A DNA stretch of 64,000 bases from an uncultured Acidimicrobiia bacterium (GTDB taxonomy: Bacteria; Actinomycetota; Acidimicrobiia; Acidimicrobiales; AC-14). How positions within the stretch are numbered: position 1 is the stretch's first letter; each line of letters starts with the position of its first letter. The DNA is taken from assembly GCA_963836205.1 (NCBI GenBank), contig CAWIIV010000006.1, positions 256,001 to 320,000 on the forward strand, in the 5' to 3' direction. Below, one piece after another: positions 55,371 through 64,000 of this stretch. The notes beneath the pieces are model-generated. The model worked only from the letters and a program-made list of their open reading frames with translations, made no database searches and was not told the DNA's origin. Position numbers and translations under genes: made by a program.

Positions 55371-58190
55371 CTACGGCACGTTGGTCACCGTGTCGCCGAC
55401 ATCCGAGCTGGCGGTGTCGGTGCCGTTGCCACCGTCGGCGGAGTCACCCGGGGCTCCGTCGGCCACGTTGAGGGAGTCGTTGCCGTCCCCGCCCTGGACG
55501 TCGTCGACACCGGCGCCACCCACCAGGGTGTCGTTGCCGCCCTTGCCCAGGAGCTGGTCGTTGGATGCGCTGCCGGTGATGGTGTCTCCGGCGGTGCTGC
55601 CCCACACGTTCTCGACGGTGGCGAGGACGTTGTCGTTCTCCCCCGCCGCCCCGTCGCCAATGGCGCTGTCGAGGCTGACGTCGACCGCCGCGGTGCGGGA
55701 GTCGTAGCGGACCAGGTCCACTCCGGCCGAGCCGTCGATGTAATCGGCGCCGTTGCTCACGCCACCTTCCTTGAAGATGTCGTTGCCGTCGTCGCCCCGC
55801 ACCACGTCGTTGCCCAGACCACCGTCGATGATGTCGTTGCCAAAACCGCCGTAGATGCGGTCGTTGCCATCGCCACCGTTGACGGTGTCGTCGCCGTCGA
55901 GGCTGCAGATGGTGTCGTTGCCACCCAGGCCGTCGATGATGTCGTTCGACATGGTGCCGACGATGACGTCGTCGCCGGCCGTGCCCGTGATGGGCCCACC
56001 GCTCCCGAAGATGGTGGCGTCGACGCCGTTGCACTTGCCGAACATCCACTCCAGCACGAACGTGCCGGTGGAGCCGCCGTTGCCATCCACCGCGATGCGG
56101 TAGTTGGTACCACCAACGGCGTTGAAGAACGCCTGGGTCCCTCCCGATCCCACGCTGGTCAGGCCGGTGAGCGATGAGCCGGTGTAGACCTCGATGCCCG
56201 GGAACAACCCGCCACCGATGCCACGCAGCCTAACCGTGGAAGGAGCCGACAGCGTCGGCGTCCACGAGAACCACGACGAGTTATCCGAGTAGGCGCCGCC
56301 ATGGAACTCGGGCGAGCCCGGCTCACCCGTGGACCGGATGGTGGAACCACTGGTGAATCCCTGGAAGCCGGCGGTCACCCTCGGCGTGGCGAAGTCGTCG
56401 TAGCTCGGCCGGTTGACCGACCACTGGAGGGTGATGCTCCCCTGGCCGAGGCTGTACCCATCCACCACGATGCGGTAGGTAGTACCCGCGATGGCGTTGA
56501 ACGTGACCTTCGACTGAAGGCTGAAGGAGTCGTCATTGATCGCGACCTGTGTCAGCGAACCCACCGAGCCGCCGGTGTAGACCCCGAGGACCGTGTCGAA
56601 GGTGGAATCCTTCGTGTTCATGACCGCGGGGCCGCTCTCAGGAGCGATCCACGAGTACCAGACGCTCGAGTTGGGCTCCGTGATGTGGGCCGGCTCCAGG
56701 GGCTCGCCGGTGGCGGCCACATTGCTCCCGAACGCCTTCCCGGTGGGACCGACGAGAGCGGCCGCCGCCGAGAACTCGTCGTTGGCCGGACCGTTGAGAC
56801 CCCACTGCAGGTTGAAGGTGCCGTGGGCGGCGCTGAACCCGCCGACCTGGATGCGATAGGTGGTGCCGCTGACGGCATTGAAGCTGACCCGCGACTGCAG
56901 GGTGATGTAGTCGTCGTTGGTGGCCACCGCTGCCAGTGCGTTCACCGAGGCCCCGGTGTAGACGCCGAGGGTGGTGTCGAAGGTCGAGTTTCGGGTGTTG
57001 AAGATGGTAGGTCCTGATGCCGGTGCCGACCACGAGTACCAGACCGACGTCGACGCCGACAACGAGGCCACGCTGGGCTCGCCGACCTGGGCCGTGGCGT
57101 CGGTGTTGCTGCTGGTCAGGAAGCCCGAAGCCCCGCCGATGGCCGATCCGGCGAAGTTGTTGTTCGAGGGACGGGGCACATTGGAGTCGACGAAGGTGCG
57201 CATGACGCCGCCCCACGACTCGCCGTAGACACCGGGAAAGTTGGGCTGGGCGCAGCCACTGCCCCAGCTGGTGTCGCCCACGAGGGCGGGCTGGAAGCCG
57301 GTGACGAACAGCGGTCCCCCGCTGTCGCCCTGGCAGGTGTCCTGGCCGCCGGCCAGGGGCCCGGCACCGATCATGTTCGCCCCCACGAACGAGCCGCCGT
57401 AGGCACTGGCCATGGAGGCGTCGGACTGGACAGGCAGGTCGACCTGGCGCAGCTCGTTGGCGGCTGCGCCGGAGCCCTGGAAGGTGTCACCGTGGCCGAC
57501 GGCCCGAACGCTCTGGCCGACTCCGAACGGGTCGCCGCCGTCGGCCATGCGGGCCCAGCGGAAGGTCGAGGGCGCATCCAGCTGGATGAGAGCGACGTCG
57601 AAGTTGGGCGCTCCCCCGGCGGTGGTGTACGAGGGGTGCACGAGGATCTGGGCCGCGTTGCGGGTCTCGCCCTGGGAGGTGTCGGTCAGCAGCGTGTTGC
57701 CGATGAGCAGGTCGACCTCGCTGGGAAGCAGGTCGCCGGAGTGGAAGCTGTTGCGGATGCAGTGCCCGGCGGTGAGCACCCATGTCGACGAGATGAGTGT
57801 TCCACCGCAGAAGTGCTTGTTGTAAGGGGTGCCGCCGCCGGCGGCCCACTGCAAGGACACGAAGTAGGGGTACGCGCCCGTTGAGGCGGCGGTGCCGCCG
57901 ACGATGCCGGGGTCGCCGATGGGCGGGGTGCTGGCCATCTGCTTGTCGGCGTCGAGAGGCTTGAGCCCGTCCTCGACCGGTCCCGGAACCTCAGGGGCCG
58001 CGACCTTGGGCGGATCCGAGAGCCGTGCCCGGGCGCCGCTCACGCTCTGGTCCGTCTGACCCGATGCCGGGGCAGCGTCCTGGGCTGATGCGATGCTGGT
58101 GGGCAGCAGCAGCGCGTTGGCAACCCCCAGCGCCAGCAGCGCCTTCCCGATGGAAATGGATGCGCGCGCGCTCCACACGTGCTGTCTCAT
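55371..58190 (-). CDS. Secreted S1 trypsin-like protease with three PPC-like repeats and RTX-type Ca-binding repeats
   Basis: IVGG, LTAGHC, DVAL, DTCQGDSGGP; repeated VWYSW..P...TYRI; GGxGxD repeats; signal peptide. Confidence 0.9.
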   Translation of the reverse strand: MRQHVWSARASISIGKALLALGVANALLLPTSIASAQDAAPASGQTDQSVSGARARLSDPPKVAAPEVPGPVEDGLKPLDADKQMASTPPIGDPGIVGGTAASTGAYPYFVSLQWAAGGGTPYNKHFCGGTLISSTWVLTAGHCIRNSFHSGDLLPSEVDLLIGNTLLTDTSQGETRNAAQILVHPSYTTAGGAPNFDVALIQLDAPSTFRWARMADGGDPFGVGQSVRAVGHGDTFQGSGAAANELRQVDLPVQSDASMASAYGGSFVGANMIGAGPLAGGQDTCQGDSGGPLFVTGFQPALVGDTSWGSGCAQPNFPGVYGESWGGVMRTFVDSNVPRPSNNNFAGSAIGGASGFLTSSNTDATAQVGEPSVASLSASTSVWYSWSAPASGPTIFNTRNSTFDTTLGVYTGASVNALAAVATNDDYITLQSRVSFNAVSGTTYRIQVGGFSAAHGTFNLQWGLNGPANDEFSAAAALVGPTGKAFGSNVAATGEPLEPAHITEPNSSVWYSWIAPESGPAVMNTKDSTFDTVLGVYTGGSVGSLTQVAINDDSFSLQSKVTFNAIAGTTYRIVVDGYSLGQGSITLQWSVNRPSYDDFATPRVTAGFQGFTSGSTIRSTGEPGSPEFHGGAYSDNSSWFSWTPTLSAPSTVRLRGIGGGLFPGIEVYTGSSLTGLTSVGSGGTQAFFNAVGGTNYRIAVDGNGGSTGTFVLEWMFGKCNGVDATIFGSGGPITGTAGDDVIVGTMSNDIIDGLGGNDTICSLDGDDTVNGGDGNDRIYGGFGNDIIDGGLGNDVVRGDDGNDIFKEGGVSNGADYIDGSAGVDLVRYDSRTAAVDVSLDSAIGDGAAGENDNVLATVENVWGSTAGDTITGSASNDQLLGKGGNDTLVGGAGVDDVQGGDGNDSLNVADGAPGDSADGGNGTDTASSDVGDTVTNVP

Positions 58191-58634
58191 GTATTTCTCC
58201 TCCCATGGGGCGATCAGCCCGGGTCTGCTCGCCCTCCCCAGTGGCTGTCGTCTTACTGATCGGCGAGCGCATCGTAGATACACGAAATTCGCGGCACACG
58301 GGTGCTACCCACCCCATTCAAGTGTCGAGCCCACATGTCCCCCACGGCGCCCGAGAGGGACTGCGGGTTGGAATGCCGCGGTCGGCGGCGTCCTCCACGA
58401 GCTCGACGCGGCCTGGGCGGGCGACGACCTCTCGTGGGGTAGGGCGGGCGTCGGGCCGAAATCGAAGTCCTCGAGCGTCGGGCCGGCCAGGACCGGTCTC
58501 GCGCCACGGACCGACGCCGAAGGTCACGCGGCTGTGTCTCCCACCATCTCGCGGGGAACTGCGGCAGGATCGACGAGGTCGGTCGACGAGAAGGGTTGAC
58601 GAAGTAGCTTGGCGTCGGAACGCTGGGGGCGTAC

Positions 58635-61600
58635 ATGGGTGGTGCACCGATGCGGAGGTACCCGGTCGGGCGTGTCGCACACGTTCGGGGATGGCACGAA
58701 CTGCTCGGGGCCGTGGTCCTCGTGGCGGCGCTCGCTCCCGGAGCGCCCGCGTCGGCGCAGGTCACCACGACGACCGGCCCGACGACCACCACGACGACAG
58801 TCGCGCCGAGCACCACGACCACCTCGACGGTGCCAGCCACCACGACGACGATCGGGCCGAGCACCACGACCACCACGTCGACCGTCCCGGCCACCACCAC
58901 GACGGCAGCGACCACCTCGACCGTGCCTCCTACGACCTTGACGGTCCCGACCACTTCGACAAGCAGGTCCAGGACGAGCATGTTCGCCACGAGCACGTCG
59001 ACCACGAGCACGACTGCATCCCAGCGTCCCGGTCACCCCTCCGCCTGGTCCGTGGCCGGCACCCTCGGCATGGCCCGGTCCCTGCACACCGCCACCCTCC
59101 TGGCCGGGGGAAAGGTCCTGGTGGTCGGGGGCAACAACGGCTCCGCGCTCGCCGGTGCCGAGCTCTACGACGCGGCCGCCAACGCCTGGTCCGCCACCGG
59201 GTCGATGGCCGAGCCCCGGTACAACCACCAGGCGGTGGCGCTGGCCGACGGCCGGGTGCTGGTGGCCGGGGGCCTGAGCGGGGCGGCCGTGCCCAGTGCC
59301 GAGCTCTACGGCCCCTCCACCGGCACGTGGACGGGCACCGGTGCGATGACGGCGCCCCGCTACGGCCACACCCTCACCGTGCTGGGCGACGGCCGGGTGC
59401 TGGCCGCCGGAGGAGGCAACGCCACCGGCGTCATCGCCTCGGCCGAGATCTACGACCCGGCGACGGGCACGTGGTCGGCCACCGGGTCCCTGGGCGCAGC
59501 CCGCTACCTCCACGGGGCGGTGCTGCTGCCGTCGGGCAAGGTGCTGGTGACGGGCAGCTACGGCGGAGGCGCAGGCGCCTCCTGGTTGGCGGGGGCCGAG
59601 CTGTTCGATCCCGCCACCGGCACCTGGTCGGCCACCGGCTCGACGTCGGTGGCCCGCTACGGCCACAGCCTCACCCTGCTGCCCGACGGCAAGGTGCTCA
59701 GTGCCGGGGGCCGCTCGTCGTCCACCACCCTGGCCGGCGCCGAGCTCTACGACCCGGCCGCCGGCACCTGGGCCGCCACCGCCCCCATGGCCTCCCCCCG
59801 CTATCTGGGCGCGCCCGCTCTGCTGGCGTCGGGCAACGTCATGGTGGCCGGCGGCTTCTCCGGCGCCGCGTACCTGGCCACCGCCGAGACCTACAACCCC
59901 ACCACCGGCTCCTGGTCAGCCACCGCCTCGCTGGCCGCCGGCCGCTACGGCCACACCGCCACCGCCCTGGCCGATGGGCGGGTGGTGGCTGCCGGCGGCT
60001 ACGGGGTCGGCTACCTCCGCAGCACGGAGGTCTACTGCTGCGCGTTCCCTCCCGCCGCCCCCAGCGCAGTCACCGCGACGGCCAGCAGTGCCGCCGCCCT
60101 CGTCACCTGGATTCGCCCACCCGGGACCGACGAGGTGACGGGATACACCATCGAGGCGTCACCCGGCGGGGCGTCGGTCCAGGTTGGTGGCGACCGGGCG
60201 ATGGCGATAGTCGGCGGCCTCGTGAACGGCACCACCTACGCGTTCGAGGTGACCGCAGCCGGGCCTGGTGGCACCAGCCCACCCTCGAACGCGGTGACGC
60301 CGGTGGCCTCGAGCGCTGCCGACTTCGCGTGGTCCGAAGCGGGGTCGCTGGCGACGCCGCGGTACCTACAGGCTGCGAACCTGCTTCGGTCCGGGAAGGT
60401 CCTCGTCATCGGGGGCCACAATGGAACCCCTCTGGCCAGCACCGAGCTGTACAACCCTGCCACCAACGCATGGTCGATCACCGGATCGATGGCCACTCGC
60501 CGGTACAACCACGCGTCGGTCACTCTCGCCACAGGCAAGGTCTTGGTCAGCGGCGGGTCCGACTCCACCGCGTTCCTGGCGTCGGCGGAGACCTACGATC
60601 CCGATACAGGCAGCTGGGAAACCACTGGGCCCATGATGACGGCCCGTTACGACCACACGCTAACCCTGCTCGCCAGCGGCAAGGTGTTGGCCAGCGGTGG
60701 CGGCAACGCCACGGGTCGGTTGGCAGGGGCCGAGCTCTACGACCCGGCCACCGGGACGTGGTCGAGCACGGGTTCCTTGTCGAGCCCGCGCTTTATTCAG
60801 AGCGCAGCCCTTCTCCCCTCCGGGAAGGTTCTGATCTCCGGGGGCTACGGGTCCGGGGTGCCCTCGGCATACCAGGCCAGCAGCGAGATCTACGACCCGG
60901 CCACGGGCCTCTGGTCTTTCACAGGGTCGATGACCACGGCGCGCTACCGGCACGTTCTCACCGCTCTGGTCGACGGCCGAATACTGGCCACCGGCGGTTC
61001 GAGCAGCACCGACACCCCGCTGGCGACCGCCGAGATCTACGACCCCGGAAGCGGCACCTGGTCGGCCACGGCCGCGATGTCCACCGCCCGCTACCTCCAT
61101 GTGGCCGCCCTCCTGCCGTCGGGAAAGGTGCTGGCGGCCGGCGGGTACACGGGGTCGGCGTTTCCCACCGCGGCCGAGCTTTTCGACCCCGGCACCGGGA
61201 CATGGACGTCCACTTCTCCCATCGTCCACCGCCGCTACGCGACGACCGGGATCACGCTCCAGTCCGGCGCCGTGCTGGTCAGCGGCGGCTACGGATTGGA
61301 GGGTTTCGTGAGCGCCGCGGAGCGCTTGTACCCGGAGGGTTTGCCGCCCTCACCCGGGGGTGTCAACGCCGCGGCCGGCAACGCCTCAGTCCTGGTGAGC
61401 TGGCGGCCCACCGTGGGCGGGGGCACGATTGCTTCGTACAGCGTCCAGGCGCTTCCGTCCGGACCGTCGGTGACAGTCGGCGGCAACCGGACGATGGCTG
61501 TCGTAGGCGGTCTGGCCAACGGCACGTCCTACACGTTCGCCGTCACCGCCGCCGCCGCGGCGGGTAACGGACCGACATCGGCGCCCTCGAACGCGGTCAC

Positions 61601-64000
61601 GCCCTCCGCGGCCGGCGGTACGGCCTGGTCCGTGGCCGGCACCCTCGGCATGGCCCGGTCCCTGCACACCGCCACCCTCCTGGCCGGGGGAAAGGTCCTG
61701 GTGGTCGGGGGCAACAACGGCTCCGCGCTCGCCGGTGCCGAGCTCTACGACGCGGCCGCCAACGCCTGGTCCGCCACCGGGTCGATGGCCGAGCCCCGGT
61801 ACAACCACCAGGCGGTGGCGCTGGCCGACGGCCGGGTGCTGGTGGCCGGGGGCCTGAGCGGGGCGGCGGCCGTGCCCAGTGCCGAGCTCTACGGCCCCTC
61901 CACCGGCACGTGGACGGGCACCGGTGCGATGACGGCGCCCCGCTACGGCCACACCCTCACCGTGCTGGGCGACGGCCGGGTGCTGGCCGCCGGAGGAGGC
62001 AACGCCACCGGCGTCATCGCCTCGGCCGAGATCTACGACCCGGCGACGGGCACGTGGTCGGCCACCGGGTCCCTGGGCGCAGCCCGCTACCTCCACGGGG
62101 CGGTGCTGCTGCCGTCGGGCAAGGTGCTGGTGACGGGCAGCTACGGCGGAGGCGCAGGCGCCTCCTGGTTGGCGGGGGCCGAGCTGTTCGATCCCGCCAC
62201 CGGCACCTGGTCGGCCACCGGCTCGACGTCGGTGGCCCGCTACGGCCACAGCCTCACCCTGCTGCCCGACGGCAAGGTGCTCAGTGCCGGGGGCCGCTCG
62301 TCGTCCACCACCCTGGCCGGCGCCGAGCTCTACGACCCGGCCGCCGGCACCTGGGCCGCCACCGCCCCCATGGCCTCCCCCCGCTATCTGGGCGCGCCCG
62401 CTCTGCTGGCGTCGGGCAACGTCATGGTGGCCGGCGGCTTCTCCGGCGCCGCGTACCTGGCCACCGCCGAGACCTACAACCCCACCACCGGCTCCTGGTC
62501 AGCCACCGCCTCGCTGGCCGCCGGCCGCTACGGCCACACCGCCACCGCCCTGGCCGATGGGCGGGTGGTGACTGCCGGCGGCCAGGGGGCCACCTACATC
62601 CCCAGCGCGGAGACGTATTGCTGTACCGGCCTCCCCGCCGCCCCGGGTGACGTGGTCGCCACGGCTGGGAACCTCTCCGCCCTCATCCGATGGATTCCTG
62701 CGCCCTCGTCGGCGAGTGCCACGTCCTACACGGTGACGGCGTGGCCCGGAGGTGCTTCGACCACCGTCGGCCCGAACGTCATCCCGACGACATTTAGCGG
62801 ACTGGCCAATGGCCGCAGCTACACCTTCACGGTGACAGCGAACCTCGGCGGGGGAACGAGCCTGCCCTCGGGTCCCTCGAACCCGGTGACGCCCATGGCG
62901 GCCGGTTCGAGCTCGACGGCGTGGTCGCCCGGCGGCACCGTCCTCGGGTCTCGATACCTGCACACCGCGACCGTGTTGCCAAGCGGCAAGGTGTTGATCG
63001 CCGGCGGCATCCACGACATGGCGCTCGCCAGCGCCGAGCTGTACGACCCGGCCACCAACGCGTGGTCGACCGCAGGGTCGATGACCAGCCGCCGGTACTA
63101 CCACCAGGCAGTCATGTTGGCCGGGGGCCAACTACTCCTCGCCGGTGGTCGTAGCGACACGGTCACGCTGTCCGGCGCGGAGCTGTACGACCCCGCGACC
63201 GGGACCTGGTCGACCACCGGATCCATGTCGACACCGCGGTACGGCCACAGTCTCACCCGACTGGCCGACGGGCGGGTGCTGGCAGCGGGCGGCTACAACG
63301 CCACCGGCGCCCTCGCCTCGGCGGAGCTCTACGATCCGGCCACCGGCACCTGGTCGCCCACGGGGCAGTTGGCCGCCCGCCGCTACCTGCACGGGGCCCA
63401 GCTCCTGGCGTCGGGCAAGGTCGTGGTCGCCGGCAGCTACGGCGGCGGTGCCGGCGGCGCGTACCTGGCCACCGCTGAGCTCTACGATCCGGCCACCGGC
63501 ACCTGGTCGCCCACCGGTTCGATGGCCTCTCCCCGGTACGGGTACACCCTCACCCCGCTGCCGAACGGGAAGGTCCTGGCCGCGGGAGGCCGGGGTGCGT
63601 CGTCCCCGCTGGCCACGGCCGAGCTCTACGATCCCACGAGCGGCACGTGGTCACCCACGTCGTCGATGAGTTCGCCGCGGTACCTGGCCGCCGCAGCCCT
63701 TCTCCCGACCGGCAGGGTCATCGTGGCGGGAGGCTTCTCCGGCGTGAGCTACCTGGGTTCGACCGAGTCCTACAACACCGACACCGGAACCTGGTCCGCC
63801 ACCACCCCCATGGCCGCGGTCCGCTACGCGACGACGGCGTCCCCCCTCGCCTCGGGCCGAGTGCTCCTGGCCGGTGGATACGGTGCGGGCTACCCACCGC
63901 TGGCGGAGGTGTACGGAGCCGGGCCGCCGCAGCTACCGGCACCGTCCCTGTCGGCGCCCCCGACGGTCGGTGTCAGCAACGCCTCGTCGACAAGCGTCGG
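58635..64000 (+). CDS. Giant secreted Kelch-propeller/FN3 repeat protein (partial, more than 1780 aa)
   Basis: Frame read by hand at several checkpoints; no terminated ORF in this frame in the track; signal peptide, Thr-rich linker, four blocks of R..H.AT.L..G.VLV.GG...AELYDP..G.W repeats separated by FN3-like domains. Confidence 0.88.
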   Translation, partial: MGGAPMRRYPVGRVAHVRGWHELLGAVVLVAALAPGAPASAQVTTTTGPTTTTTTVAPSTTTTSTVPATTTTIGPSTTTTTSTVPATTTTAATTSTVPPTTLTVPTTSTSRSRTSMFATSTSTTSTTASQRPGHPSAWSVAGTLGMARSLHTATLLAGGKVLVVGGNNGSALAGAELYDAAANAWSATGSMAEPRYNHQAVALADGRVLVAGGLSGAAVPSAELYGPSTGTWTGTGAMTAPRYGHTLTVLGDGRVLAAGGGNATGVIASAEIYDPATGTWSATGSLGAARYLHGAVLLPSGKVLVTGSYGGGAGASWLAGAELFDPATGTWSATGSTSVARYGHSLTLLPDGKVLSAGGRSSSTTLAGAELYDPAAGTWAATAPMASPRYLGAPALLASGNVMVAGGFSGAAYLATAETYNPTTGSWSATASLAAGRYGHTATALADGRVVAAGGYGVGYLRSTEVYCCAFPPAAPSAVTATASSAAALVTWIRPPGTDEVTGYTIEASPGGASVQVGGDRAMAIVGGLVNGTTYAFEVTAAGPGGTSPPSNAVTPVASSAADFAWSEAGSLATPRYLQAANLLRSGKVLVIGGHNGTPLASTELYNPATNAWSITGSMATRRYNHASVTLATGKVLVSGGSDSTAFLASAETYDPDTGSWETTGPMMTARYDHTLTLLASGKVLASGGGNATGRLAGAELYDPATGTWSSTGSLSSPRFIQSAALLPSGKVLISGGYGSGVPSAYQASSEIYDPATGLWSFTGSMTTARYRHVLTALVDGRILATGGSSSTDTPLATAEIYDPGSGTWSATAAMSTARYLHVAALLPSGKVLAAGGYTGSAFPTAAELFDPGTGTWTSTSPIVHRRYATTGITLQSGAVLVSGGYGLEGFVSAAERLYPEGLPPSPGGVNAAAGNASVLVSWRPTVGGGTIASYSVQALPSGPSVTVGGNRTMAVVGGLANGTSYTFAVTAAAAAGNGPTSAPSNAVTPSAAGGTAWSVAGTLGMARSLHTATLLAGGKVLVVGGNNGSALAGAELYDAAANAWSATGSMAEPRYNHQAVALADGRVLVAGGLSGAAAVPSAELYGPSTGTWTGTGAMTAPRYGHTLTVLGDGRVLAAGGGNATGVIASAEIYDPATGTWSATGSLGAARYLHGAVLLPSGKVLVTGSYGGGAGASWLAGAELFDPATGTWSATGSTSVARYGHSLTLLPDGKVLSAGGRSSSTTLAGAELYDPAAGTWAATAPMASPRYLGAPALLASGNVMVAGGFSGAAYLATAETYNPTTGSWSATASLAAGRYGHTATALADGRVVTAGGQGATYIPSAETYCCTGLPAAPGDVVATAGNLSALIRWIPAPSSASATSYTVTAWPGGASTTVGPNVIPTTFSGLANGRSYTFTVTANLGGGTSLPSGPSNPVTPMAAGSSSTAWSPGGTVLGSRYLHTATVLPSGKVLIAGGIHDMALASAELYDPATNAWSTAGSMTSRRYYHQAVMLAGGQLLLAGGRSDTVTLSGAELYDPATGTWSTTGSMSTPRYGHSLTRLADGRVLAAGGYNATGALASAELYDPATGTWSPTGQLAARRYLHGAQLLASGKVVVAGSYGGGAGGAYLATAELYDPATGTWSPTGSMASPRYGYTLTPLPNGKVLAAGGRGASSPLATAELYDPTSGTWSPTSSMSSPRYLAAAALLPTGRVIVAGGFSGVSYLGSTESYNTDTGTWSATTPMAAVRYATTASPLASGRVLLAGGYGAGYPPLAEVYGAGPPQLPAPSLSAPPTVGVSNASSTSV
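59043..62570 (+). repeat. Near-perfect direct repeat of about 945 bp (59043-59987 and 61623-62570)
   Basis: By eye the copies differ only by an extra GCG codon near 61865. Confidence 0.88.

Noticed and set aside
58191-58634. Riboswitch or ncRNA in the long divergent intergenic region
   Set aside because: No recognisable aptamer consensus by eye; an Rfam/Infernal scan would be needed
58025-61567. 1180-aa ORF in the track
   Set aside because: Arg/Gly/Pro-rich shadow frame of the Kelch gene, which is read in another frame from 58635

Overview
High-GC actinobacterial chromosome segment, most consistent with Acidimicrobiia (inferred from gene order and many leaderless genes). The backbone is mostly housekeeping: ligA, mnmA-iscS, a moxR2-type cluster, glgE-treS-mak-glgB plus glgP, an acyl-CoA mutase, PPi-type pfk and the full atp operon. 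It is interspersed with small accessory modules: two type II toxin-antitoxin pairs, Uma2 and AbiEi/DUF559 nucleases, a PrsW remnant, and a lipoprotein/PKD-like pair. The right end holds a glycan-modification locus, a trypsin-PPC-RTX protease, and a giant Kelch/FN3 gene that is missing from the ORF track and runs off the window. The most notable unexplained signal is six intergenic 49-55 bp imperfect palindromes with a shared architecture, several next to nuclease genes or insertion points. Several single-base frameshifts, including one in atpD, suggest sequencing indels. No rRNA, tRNA, CRISPR array or transposase was recognised.
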